A DNA stretch of 64,000 nucleotides, from contig CAYUNN010000003.1 in NCBI GenBank assembly GCA_964445905.1, positions 899-64,898 on the forward strand. Direction: 5' to 3'. This DNA is from an uncultured Candidatus Saccharibacteria bacterium (GTDB lineage Bacteria > Patescibacteriota > Minisyncoccia > Minisyncoccales > JAGGXC01). Shown here in pieces: positions 15,713 to 24,006 of the stretch. Made by a program: the position numbers and the translations under genes. Under the pieces are notes generated by a model. That model worked only from the letters and a program-made list of their open reading frames with translations. It was not told the DNA's origin and made no database searches. Positions within the stretch are counted from its first letter, which is position 1. The number at the start of each line of letters is the position of its first letter.

Positions 15713-16492
15713 ATGACTATTGTTTTTAATTTCCTATTTTTTTTATTAGGATTGACTATCGGTTCTTTTTTAAATTGTTTTATATATAGATTAGATAAAA
15801 AAGAAAGTCCCCTAAAGGGGCGTTCTTTTTGTCCTCATTGCAAACATAAGCTTGAAAAAGAAGATTTAGTTCCCGTTCTAAGCTTTTTATTACTTGGCGG
15901 AAAATGCAGATATTGTTCTAGAAAAATATCATGGCAATATCCTTTATTGGAATTGTTTTTTGGTTTTTTGTTTGTTTTTCTTTTTAACTACAAACTGTCT
16001 GTTCTTAGTTTTGCAAATATAATTGATTTTGTTTATCTTGTTGTTATTTTTTGTTTTTTTGCAATCATTTTTGTTTATGATTTAAAAGAGCTGTTGATTT
16101 TAGATAAAATTGTTTATCCGGCAATAGCTTTTGTTTTTTTATATAATTTATCAGATATTAATGTTCTACTTCGAAGTCATTTGCCTTCTGCTTTGGGAAT
16201 AACTTTTTTATTTTTGGCAATATTTTTAATTTCTCGCGGGAAATGGTTGGGTTTCGGCGATGTTAAGCTTGTTTTCTTTCTTGGTCTTTTTCTTGGTTTT
16301 CCTCAAACACTGGTAGCGTTCTTTCTTTCTTTCTTTTCCGGTGCTATAATAGGGTTAATACTGATCCTTTCAAAGAAGAAAAAATTAAAATCAGAAATTC
16401 CCTTTGCTCCTTTTTTAATAATTGGTTCTTTTGTTGCTTTTTTCTGGGGAATTCAAATTTTAGACTGGTATATTTCTTTAATCCTTTATTAA
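15713..16492 (+). CDS. pilD: Prepilin peptidase PilD (A24 family)
   Basis: CPHCKHKL..GGKCRYC zinc motif, catalytic GFGDVKL, polytopic membrane protein. Confidence 0.95.
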   Translation: MTIVFNFLFFLLGLTIGSFLNCFIYRLDKKESPLKGRSFCPHCKHKLEKEDLVPVLSFLLLGGKCRYCSRKISWQYPLLELFFGFLFVFLFNYKLSVLSFANIIDFVYLVVIFCFFAIIFVYDLKELLILDKIVYPAIAFVFLYNLSDINVLLRSHLPSALGITFLFLAIFLISRGKWLGFGDVKLVFFLGLFLGFPQTLVAFFLSFFSGAIIGLILILSKKKKLKSEIPFAPFLIIGSFVAFFWGIQILDWYISLILY

Positions 16493-16507
16493 TAGTCGTA
16501 AATCCCT

Positions 16508-16513
16508 TATAAT
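16508..16513 (+). promoter_or_regulatory. TATAAT box 7 nt upstream of the ATG at 16521; candidate internal leaderless promoter
   Basis: cccTTATAATtgacataATG. The upstream part lies in the pilD 3' end. Confidence 0.3.
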
Positions 16514-16520
16514 TGACATA

Positions 16521-17417
16521 ATGAATATTATAGAAGAAAATGTTAGTGAAAGAGTGATCTTCTTCGTTGCAATCGTTGCGATTATTAGCTTGATTGCTCT
16601 CGGAATCCATTTTTACCTTGGAGAAAGAGGGGTTAAGATTGACCTAGAACCAGAAGATAAAATTGAAAATAATAATAGTTACGAAAACAATGGATGGAAG
16701 CTTCCAGAAGATCCTAATGACAATGAAGTGATACCAGGTTCAGGAGAGCCTCCGGTAGCCAAGATTGACTGCCAGCCGGGACCGGATTGCTACCCTCAAA
16801 CTGAATGTATGGCTTACCGTGGTTGTAATTTCGTTCTTGTTAATGATTCATTTGATCTTGACGATGACGTTATTTTATATGAATGGCAGGTTAGAAAAGA
16901 AGAAGAGGATTTTTTTAGAAGCGAAGTTTCTTGCCAGGTTTCCGTTGACGGAAAATGCGATTATACCGTTCAGCCCTTTTTGCCCCTAGGGAATTATATT
17001 GTAAAGCTTTATGCAGAAGATAGGGCAGGTAATTTTAATAGCACAACTGAATCGTTTTCAATATTAAGAGAGGTTAGGGCTGGCTTTGAATGTAGTTTGG
17101 TGGGAGGAGATAATCCAAGTGATTATTTTTCTTGCGACAAATTAACGTTTTCGGAAAAAAAGACTATTTATTTCAAATATGATCTTCCTAGTCCTCATGA
17201 AAATTCTCAATCTTCAGAAGGAGCAGAAATAGATATTTCCAAGTCTTTATGGCAATCTGAAAGCGAAGAATGGTCAGCAATAGGGCACCCAGTTGTTTCA
17301 AGGGAAGCAGAGAAGGGAGAATCTATTCTATTAACTATCGTAGACAACAATAACAGAAAAAATTCTGTTTCCCATATAATAGGGAAAAGAAATGTTCCTG
17401 TTTGGGGAAGCAAATAA
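16521..17417 (+). CDS. Membrane-anchored Cys-rich protein with PKD-like module, heads the second minor-pilin set
   Basis: N-terminal TM (VIFFVAIVAIISLIALGIHFYL). Extracellular segment has PPVAKIDCQPGPDCYP..ILYEWQV..YAEDRAGNFNS. Unrecognised family. Confidence 0.7.
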   Translation: MNIIEENVSERVIFFVAIVAIISLIALGIHFYLGERGVKIDLEPEDKIENNNSYENNGWKLPEDPNDNEVIPGSGEPPVAKIDCQPGPDCYPQTECMAYRGCNFVLVNDSFDLDDDVILYEWQVRKEEEDFFRSEVSCQVSVDGKCDYTVQPFLPLGNYIVKLYAEDRAGNFNSTTESFSILREVRAGFECSLVGGDNPSDYFSCDKLTFSEKKTIYFKYDLPSPHENSQSSEGAEIDISKSLWQSESEEWSAIGHPVVSREAEKGESILLTIVDNNNRKNSVSHIIGKRNVPVWGSK

Positions 17418-17440
17418 AAATAAAATAAAATAAAAAAAAC

Positions 17441-18052
17441 ATGTTTTTTTTCAGAAAAAAGAAACCTAAAGAAAATGAATCTGAAAAAAGTAAACTTAAA
17501 AAAAGAGCGTTTACTTTAATAGAAATTATTATAGTTGTTTTTGTAATTTTAACTCTTTCCATAATAGTTATTTTTAATTATGAATGGGGAGGGTATCAGA
17601 TTACTCTCAACCAATCTGCTGAAAGATTAACTCAAGATATTAGGCAGCTTCAATCATTTGCTCAGTCTTACGAGGAGTTGGAAGGAGGAATAGTTCCTGA
17701 AGGGGGTTATGGAATAATTTTTAAAATAAATCCGCCAGATTCTAGATATTTTTATACTTTATTTGGAGACATGAATAGCAATGGACGCTTTGACGAAGAA
17801 GACGTGATTGTAAAAAGAGTAAATTTTGAGAAAGGAATCGTGCTTGAAGGATATGAGCCTGGTGGATCAAGGGGGGCTAACCTAAATATTGTTTTTCAAT
17901 TTCCTAATTCATCTGTTTCTATAATAGAAGAATTTCCGCCAAGCGGCATTGATTCGCACACATCAGCTTCAATTTCTTTGCGTAGCCAAAAAACAAACGA
18001 CATCGTATCAGTTTATATAAATCAATTGGGCATGGTCGAGATTCGTAAATGA
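17441..18052 (+). CDS. Minor pilin, GspH/FimT-like (second set)
   Basis: Long basic leader MFFFRKKKPKENESEKSKLKKRA|FTLIEIIIVVFVIL with Ala at -1. Paralog of 3599-4186. Confidence 0.8.
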   Translation: MFFFRKKKPKENESEKSKLKKRAFTLIEIIIVVFVILTLSIIVIFNYEWGGYQITLNQSAERLTQDIRQLQSFAQSYEELEGGIVPEGGYGIIFKINPPDSRYFYTLFGDMNSNGRFDEEDVIVKRVNFEKGIVLEGYEPGGSRGANLNIVFQFPNSSVSIIEEFPPSGIDSHTSASISLRSQKTNDIVSVYINQLGMVEIRK

Positions 18053-18095
18053 GAAGAAGGATCTACAGAAAACCGAAGATCAAAATCTAAATTTT

Positions 18096-18638
18096 ATGAA
18101 AAATAAAGGTTTTACTTTAATTGAGTTTTCAATATCGTTTTTGATTGTGTCAGTAGGGATAATGGCCACTTTTTCTGTTCTTCAAAGTGTGGCTCGTTAT
18201 TCTTCTATTGATCATTCAAGAGTACAAGCGGCTTATTTAGCCGAGGAAGGAATGGAAGTTATTAGAAATATGAGAGATAATCATTTTTTAAATCCGAGAG
18301 GAGATTTTCCCGTTGGAAAAGGAACGTCAACCTTGTTAGATGCAAGAAGCATGAAATTTCCTGATGATGAAAATTGCACTGGCCCAGAAGGAGACTACGA
18401 ATTTCTTTCCTTGCCAGAACCATCTGATCCTTCAGCAAATAATGTTTATATATGTACTTACCGTCCTCGCGATGCACGACAATGGCGAAGAGAAATATCT
18501 GTCGAACATTTTGGAATGGCTGCTCCTTCTACGGGTATGGGAGTGTCTGTTAAAGTAACCTGGATTGAAAAGGGGTCGGTTCAAGAATTAAATCTTTATC
18601 AAAATTTCTTTAATTGGTATGAGTATTATGACTTTTAA
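18096..18638 (+). CDS. Minor pilin, PilV/GspI-like (second set)
   Basis: MKNKG|FTLIEFSISFLIVSVG. Paralog of 4197-4625. Confidence 0.8.
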   Translation: MKNKGFTLIEFSISFLIVSVGIMATFSVLQSVARYSSIDHSRVQAAYLAEEGMEVIRNMRDNHFLNPRGDFPVGKGTSTLLDARSMKFPDDENCTGPEGDYEFLSLPEPSDPSANNVYICTYRPRDARQWRREISVEHFGMAAPSTGMGVSVKVTWIEKGSVQELNLYQNFFNWYEYYDF

Positions 18639-19203
18639 AATAAATAGCAAAAAAGGATTTACTCTCGTAGAAGTAATGACAGTAGTTGCTGTTTCTTCAA
18701 TTCTTTTTGCTATAATCTCAGGTTTATTTTCGTTTGCGATAAAAAACCAAAGAGAAATTTTAAATCGCCAGAGAACAATGAATCAGATAAGCTACGTGGC
18801 AGATCGTATAGCAATGGAATTAAGGGATGCTAAAATACCGCCAGACGGTTTTTGCGTTCCTTCGGGTGTAAGTTATTCAATGAGAGACCAAGAACCAGGA
18901 AATCTTGGCGGAAATATAGTTTTTTATAGCCGAGAGAATAAATGTCTTTGGATTTTTTTAGATGAAACAAAAAAACAAATATTTTTACAGGAAATGACTG
19001 TATTTCCTCATCCAGAACCAGTTCCTCTTTCTTCCGGTAATTTAGAAATTAGAAATTTTAGAATATCATTATTAAATCCAAACACTGACGGATCTACTGA
19101 TGGTCAGGCCAGAATTTCTTTTCTTATTGAAGTGTTAGAGCCCTCAAAAGTAATAATTACCAAAACTGTTTCTCAGAGAAATTTAAATATTATTAATCCG
19201 TAA
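18619..19203 (+). CDS. Minor pilin, PilW/GspJ-like (second set)
   Basis: ..INSKKG|FTLVEVMTVVAVSSILFA. Overlaps the previous gene by 20 nt. SQRNLN C-terminal motif. Confidence 0.8.
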   Translation: MSIMTFKINSKKGFTLVEVMTVVAVSSILFAIISGLFSFAIKNQREILNRQRTMNQISYVADRIAMELRDAKIPPDGFCVPSGVSYSMRDQEPGNLGGNIVFYSRENKCLWIFLDETKKQIFLQEMTVFPHPEPVPLSSGNLEIRNFRISLLNPNTDGSTDGQARISFLIEVLEPSKVIITKTVSQRNLNIINP

Positions 19204-19204
19204 A

Positions 19205-19921
19205 ATGTTTAATTATTTAAAACAACAAAAAGGAATCTCAATTTTTTTAGGCTTGTTGGTTGTTACTGTTTTTTTGGTTATTGGAGCAGGACTTGCAACT
19301 ACTTTAAATGTTCAGAGAGAAACGACAAGAGATGTTTTAGCAGGAATTCAATCTAGGGCTCTTTCAGAATCTGGCGCAGAACATGTTTTGCTTGAAGGAT
19401 TAAAAAATAATCAACAATATTTTTATCTTGAACGAGGGCGATTAGATGGTATTACAGATGCAGAGTTTAAGGGGACATTTGAAGCAGGATTTTATGGATT
19501 TAAAATCCCAGATAGCAGCAAAGAAGTTTATGCTTATTCGATTGGTTCTTTTGAGGATAGTCGTGTTAAAAGATTTTTAGAGACTGGAGATGTTTTTGTT
19601 GGAATTATTCCGCATGAGACAAGTTGTGCTGCTTGGGCCTCTGAAATACTTTCTTCTGAAAGTGAAAGGTTTTACCCTGTTTCGATAGGAACAGATAATG
19701 ATGGTTTAAATTTAAAATTTTGGACGTATCATCCGTCGCTTCATTGTAGTGAAAAAGATGGTAGCATATACACAGTTATGTATTCAAGACTAGAAAGATG
19801 TCCTGAATATGGCAATAACTATGCAGACTGGGCTTTTTGTAGAATGTACAGGATATTGCCGCCTTTTCCTCCGGATCCAGATCCAGATCCAGACCCAGAA
19901 CCAGGTCCGCCAATACCTTGA
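19205..19921 (+). CDS. PilX/GspK-position protein (second set) with extra Cys-containing domain and Pro-Asp tail
   Basis: N-terminus is paralogous to 5175-5537. 238 aa versus 120 aa. Ends PPFPPDPDPDPDPEPGPPIP. Confidence 0.65.
   Translation: MFNYLKQQKGISIFLGLLVVTVFLVIGAGLATTLNVQRETTRDVLAGIQSRALSESGAEHVLLEGLKNNQQYFYLERGRLDGITDAEFKGTFEAGFYGFKIPDSSKEVYAYSIGSFEDSRVKRFLETGDVFVGIIPHETSCAAWASEILSSESERFYPVSIGTDNDGLNLKFWTYHPSLHCSEKDGSIYTVMYSRLERCPEYGNNYADWAFCRMYRILPPFPPDPDPDPDPEPGPPIP
19874..19903 (+). repeat. Hexanucleotide coding repeat (GATCCA x3, then GACCCA, GAACCA), giving a PD/PE tail
   Basis: Read directly. In frame at the 3' end of 19205-19921. Confidence 0.85.
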
Positions 19922-19950
19922 TTAAAAAAAGGTTTTTATAAATATAGATT

Positions 19951-21990
19951 ATGGAAAAAAAGATGGCAAAACAGCGCATTGATGCGCTAAAAAAGGTGAT
20001 TAGACGTCACCGCTATTTATATCATGTTCAGGACAAACAGGAAATTTCTCAAGAAGCCCTTGATTCTTTAAAGCATGAGCTGTATCAGCTAGAGCAGGAA
20101 TATCCCGATTTGATTACTTCTGATTCTCCTACTCAAAGAATTGGCGGAAAGCCTTTGGATAAGTTTAGAAAAGTAGAACATTCTTTGCCAATGCTTTCTA
20201 TCGAAGATATTTTTTCGGAAGAAGAACTTTATAATTGGGAGAAATATATAAAGAAGCTGGTTTTGTCTGATAAGCTTGATTATTTTTGCGAATTGAAAAT
20301 TGACGGTTTTGCTGTCACCTTGATTTATGAAAATGGTATTTTTATTCGGGGCGCTACTAGAGGCAACGGCAAAATAGGAGAAGATGTTACCGAAAACCTT
20401 AAAACTATTGAAAGTATTCCTTTGAAAATATTTTTTCATAACGATCTTGGTTCTGAACATAAAGAGATAGAGAGTAATTTAAAAAAAATTATTGAAAAAG
20501 GAAGATTGGAAATAAGAGGAGAAGTTTATATGGACAAGAAAGATTTTGAAGAAATAAACAGAAAAAGAGAAGAAGAAGGAAAAGAAACTTACGCTAATCC
20601 TAGAAATTTGGCAGCAGGTTCTATTAGACAATTAAATCCTAGATTAGCCGCATCTCGCCCCTTGCGGTTTCTTGCTTACGATCTTGTTACTGATTTAGGA
20701 CAGAGAGAACATTCTCAAGAACATGAAATATTACCTGCTCTTGGTTTCAAGGTTGACGCAGGAAAAAAATCTAAAGATTTGGAAGGGATCATAGGTTTTT
20801 GGAGAAAAATTGCTAAAAAAAGGAACACCCTTCCTTTTCAGGTAGATGGAATAGTTGTAAATATTAATAACAATTCTTTGTTTGAAAAATTAGGAGTGGC
20901 TGGTAAGAGCCCTCGGGGGATAAGAGCTCTTAAATTTGCTTCTCAGCAAGCTACTACTAAAATTTTAGATATTAAAGTTCAAATTGGCAGAACAGGAAAA
21001 ATTACACCAATTGCTTTCCTTGAACCTGTAAAAATTGGAGGGACGACAATCACTCGAGCTACTTTGCATAACCAAGAGCAAATTAAAAGATTAGAAGTTA
21101 AAAAGGGAGACACTGTAATTATTGAGAGAGCAGGAGATGTTATACCCGCCGTAGTCCAAGCTTTGAAAGACTTGAGATTGGGGCAAGAAAAAAAATTTAT
21201 AATGCCTAAAAAGTGTCCTGCTTGCAAAACAGAACTAATCAGAACGAAAGGAGAAGTAGATTGGCGTTGTTCTAATTCTGATTGCCCGTCTAGAAAAAGA
21301 GAATTTCTTAATCATTTTGTTTCAAGAAAAGGATTTGACATAAAAGGACTTGGTTCTCAAATTATTAATCAGCTGACCGACGAAAACCTTATATCTCAGC
21401 CCGCTGATATCTTTACTTTGACTAAAGGAGATTTGATTCCGTTAGAAAGATTCGCTGAAAAATCAGCGGAAAATTTAATTTCTGCTATAAAAAATAGCAA
21501 GGAGATATCTCTGACAAAGTTTATCAATAGTCTTGGCATTCGTCACGTAGGAGAGGAAACAGCGATTGATTTAGCTCAGTATTTTGGTGGGCTTGATAAA
21601 ATAAGAGAAACTTCAAAATTAGATCTTGAAAAAATTCCTGATATCGGACCAGAAGTTTCAAAAAGCATTTATAATTGGTTTCAATCGAAACAAAACCAGC
21701 AATTAGTTGATGACATCTTAAAAGCAGGCATAAAGATTTTACCTCCTAAAAAGATTGGAAAAAAATTGAGAGGCAAGAAATTTATTTTAACAGGAAGTTT
21801 AAAAAATTTTACTCGTTCTGAGGCAGAAAAGAGAATTAGATCTTTAGGAGGGAGTCCCGTTAGTTCCGTTTCGAAGCAAATTGATTTTATTGTGGCAGGA
21901 GAAAACCCCGGATCAAAACTTGATAAAGGGAAGGAGTTCGGAGTAAAAATAATAAAAGAGGATGAATTTTTAAAAATGATTAATGAGTGA
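19951..21990 (+). CDS. ligA: NAD-dependent DNA ligase LigA
   Basis: Adenylation motif CELKIDGFAV, Zn-finger CPACKTEL..CSNSDCP, HhH region, C-terminal BRCT (FILTGSL..SRSEAEKRIRSLGG). Confidence 0.97.
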   Translation: MEKKMAKQRIDALKKVIRRHRYLYHVQDKQEISQEALDSLKHELYQLEQEYPDLITSDSPTQRIGGKPLDKFRKVEHSLPMLSIEDIFSEEELYNWEKYIKKLVLSDKLDYFCELKIDGFAVTLIYENGIFIRGATRGNGKIGEDVTENLKTIESIPLKIFFHNDLGSEHKEIESNLKKIIEKGRLEIRGEVYMDKKDFEEINRKREEEGKETYANPRNLAAGSIRQLNPRLAASRPLRFLAYDLVTDLGQREHSQEHEILPALGFKVDAGKKSKDLEGIIGFWRKIAKKRNTLPFQVDGIVVNINNNSLFEKLGVAGKSPRGIRALKFASQQATTKILDIKVQIGRTGKITPIAFLEPVKIGGTTITRATLHNQEQIKRLEVKKGDTVIIERAGDVIPAVVQALKDLRLGQEKKFIMPKKCPACKTELIRTKGEVDWRCSNSDCPSRKREFLNHFVSRKGFDIKGLGSQIINQLTDENLISQPADIFTLTKGDLIPLERFAEKSAENLISAIKNSKEISLTKFINSLGIRHVGEETAIDLAQYFGGLDKIRETSKLDLEKIPDIGPEVSKSIYNWFQSKQNQQLVDDILKAGIKILPPKKIGKKLRGKKFILTGSLKNFTRSEAEKRIRSLGGSPVSSVSKQIDFIVAGENPGSKLDKGKEFGVKIIKEDEFLKMINE

Positions 21991-21993
21991 AAA

Positions 21994-23091
21994 ATGAATT
22001 TTATTTATTGTCATCTTAAAAAGTTTGATTGGGTTCTCTTGGTTAGCGCTATTTTATTAGTTTGCTTGGGATTTATTTCTATTTATGGAAGTTCTTTAGG
22101 TTTAGGAAATTTTTTAAATCTAAAAAAGCAAATTATTTTCTTTGGTTCGGGATTTTTATTAATGATTCTGATTAGTTTTTTAGACTTCAGAATCTTAAAA
22201 GATAATTCTTATTTAATCTTATTTTTATATTTTATTTCTATTATGACCCTGGTTGGTCTTTTTTTTGTTGCAGGAACTAGAGGGGTTCAACGTTGGTATA
22301 GTATAGGATCTATATCAATTGATCCCAGAGAATTTACAAAGATTATTTTGATAATCATCTTGGCTAAATATTTCTCAACTAGGCATGTTGAAATGTATAA
22401 ATTGAGGCACATTTTTCTTTCCGGAATATATGTTTTTATTCCCAGTTTCTTGATTTTCCTTCAACCGGACTTAGGTTATGCTTTAATTTTAATTTCATTA
22501 TGGATAGTCATTTTAATTATCTCAGGAGTTAAGATAAAACATTTTTTATTATTATCTTTAATTTTTATATTAATTATTTCTTTTGGTTGGAATTCTATTT
22601 TAAAAGATTACCAAAAAGAAAGAGTTGTAAGTTTTATGAATCTCGAGGCCGACCCTCTTGGATCGGGCTGGTCTCAAAGACAGGCAAAGATTGCTATTGG
22701 TTCAGGAGGGGTTTTTGGCAAGGGAATAGGACAGGGATCACAAACGCAGTATGGATTTTTACCTGAAACTCAAAATGATTTTATTTTTGCAAGCTTATCT
22801 GAAGAAATGGGATTAGTAGGAGTCTTGTCTCTATTTTTTCTTTTCGCTGTTTTTATCTGGAGAATATTAAGAATTGCCATTCTGTCAAAAAATAATTTCT
22901 TTAGGTTGTTTGCTTCAGGAATAGCTACTATATTAATTTCTCAGTTCTTTGTTCATGTGGGCATGAACCTTGGGGTTCTTCCTGTGGTTGGCATATCCTT
23001 GCCCCTTGTTAGTTATGGAGGATCCGGCTTAATAATGACTTTTTTGGGGATTGGATTTTTAGAGAGTATTGTTATAACAAGTAATATTTAA
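21994..23091 (+). CDS. SEDS family peptidoglycan polymerase (FtsW/RodA)
   Basis: Roughly 10 TM segments. QPDLGYALIL, SGWSQRQAKIAIGSGGVFGKG, LPETQNDFIFA, PLVSYGGSG. Confidence 0.9.
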   Translation: MNFIYCHLKKFDWVLLVSAILLVCLGFISIYGSSLGLGNFLNLKKQIIFFGSGFLLMILISFLDFRILKDNSYLILFLYFISIMTLVGLFFVAGTRGVQRWYSIGSISIDPREFTKIILIIILAKYFSTRHVEMYKLRHIFLSGIYVFIPSFLIFLQPDLGYALILISLWIVILIISGVKIKHFLLLSLIFILIISFGWNSILKDYQKERVVSFMNLEADPLGSGWSQRQAKIAIGSGGVFGKGIGQGSQTQYGFLPETQNDFIFASLSEEMGLVGVLSLFFLFAVFIWRILRIAILSKNNFFRLFASGIATILISQFFVHVGMNLGVLPVVGISLPLVSYGGSGLIMTFLGIGFLESIVITSNI

Positions 23092-23122
23092 CCTTTCAGT
23101 TTGTCTTTTTGGTTATCCACAG

Positions 23123-23147
23123 ACAGAGCTTTAAAAGCTCTGTTTTT
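23123..23147 (+). terminator. Rho-independent terminator after the SEDS gene
   Basis: ACAGAGCTTT (23123-32) pairs with AAAGCTCTGT (23134-43), followed by TTTT. Confidence 0.65.
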
Positions 23148-23181
23148 GCTTGTATAATAAGGAAATAAACATATTTTTTAC

Positions 23182-23197
23182 TATCCGATATCGGATA
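23182..23197. promoter_or_regulatory. Perfect 16-bp palindrome TATCCGATATCGGATA, 11 nt upstream of the HTH-TM gene (operator candidate)
   Basis: Read directly and self-complementary over all 16 positions. I did not see the half-site elsewhere in the window. Confidence 0.55.
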
Positions 23198-23208
23198 AGT
23201 CTCTAAAA

Positions 23209-24000
23209 ATGAAAGAAAAATACATTTTACTTAGAGATGCAACAAAATTCTGCAATTACTCGCAGTCTTATTTGTCGCTTAGGGCAAGGCAAGGGAAATT
23301 AAAAGCAAAGAAAATAGGGAGAAATTGGGTTACTACAAAAGAATGGCTTCAAGCTTATTTGGATAATGTTGCTGATAAAAATAATAGAAAAGAAATTACC
23401 AAGCCACCTGATAATTTGCCCGTTGAAAGCAGAAAAAACAAGCTAGTTATTCCAAAGGTTTCTCTTCCTCTCTCTCCTTTAGTTCCTATTTTTTCTCTGG
23501 GATTTGTGTTGTTTGCCTTGCTAACAATCTTTCTTATAATTCCCAAAGATATTTCCCTTCAATCTGTTTTTGAAAAAGCTAAGAATTTAAGAGAAGAAAT
23601 AGTTATTACTGCAGGATTTATTTCAACTGAAGATACACAAGCTTCTACCTTCGAAGCATTTAAGAATTATAAGGATTGGGTGGTCGAGGGGATTGCTGAT
23701 CGTTTAGTTAAAATTAAATCAGGAGAATATTTTTCTTTAACAAAAGGGAAAATAGTTCAGGAAGAGAGCAAAATAGAAGAAACAGTTTTAGAGAAAGAAA
23801 TAGAAATTCCAGAAACAAAAGAAGGAATGGTTATGTTCTCTTCTGAAGAGAAAAATGAAATTGAAAAAAAGATAATGGACTCATTTTCAGACAGAGTAGA
23901 GATAAAGCCGGAAGATGAAATTTCTGGTATGATTATACCAATTTTTAAAGAAGGCAGAGGGCAGGAATATTTTTATATTATGGTTCCTATAAATGAATAG
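23209..24000 (+). CDS. Membrane-tethered protein with N-terminal excisionase/MerR-type HTH
   Basis: ILLRDATKFCNYSQSYLSLRARQGKLKAKKIGRNWVTTKEWLQAYL (HTH_17-like). TM helix PIFSLGFVLFALLTIFLIIP. About 150-aa C-terminal domain of unknown family. Confidence 0.7.
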   Translation: MKEKYILLRDATKFCNYSQSYLSLRARQGKLKAKKIGRNWVTTKEWLQAYLDNVADKNNRKEITKPPDNLPVESRKNKLVIPKVSLPLSPLVPIFSLGFVLFALLTIFLIIPKDISLQSVFEKAKNLREEIVITAGFISTEDTQASTFEAFKNYKDWVVEGIADRLVKIKSGEYFSLTKGKIVQEESKIEETVLEKEIEIPETKEGMVMFSSEEKNEIEKKIMDSFSDRVEIKPEDEISGMIIPIFKEGRGQEYFYIMVPINE

Positions 24001-24006
24001 TCTTTT

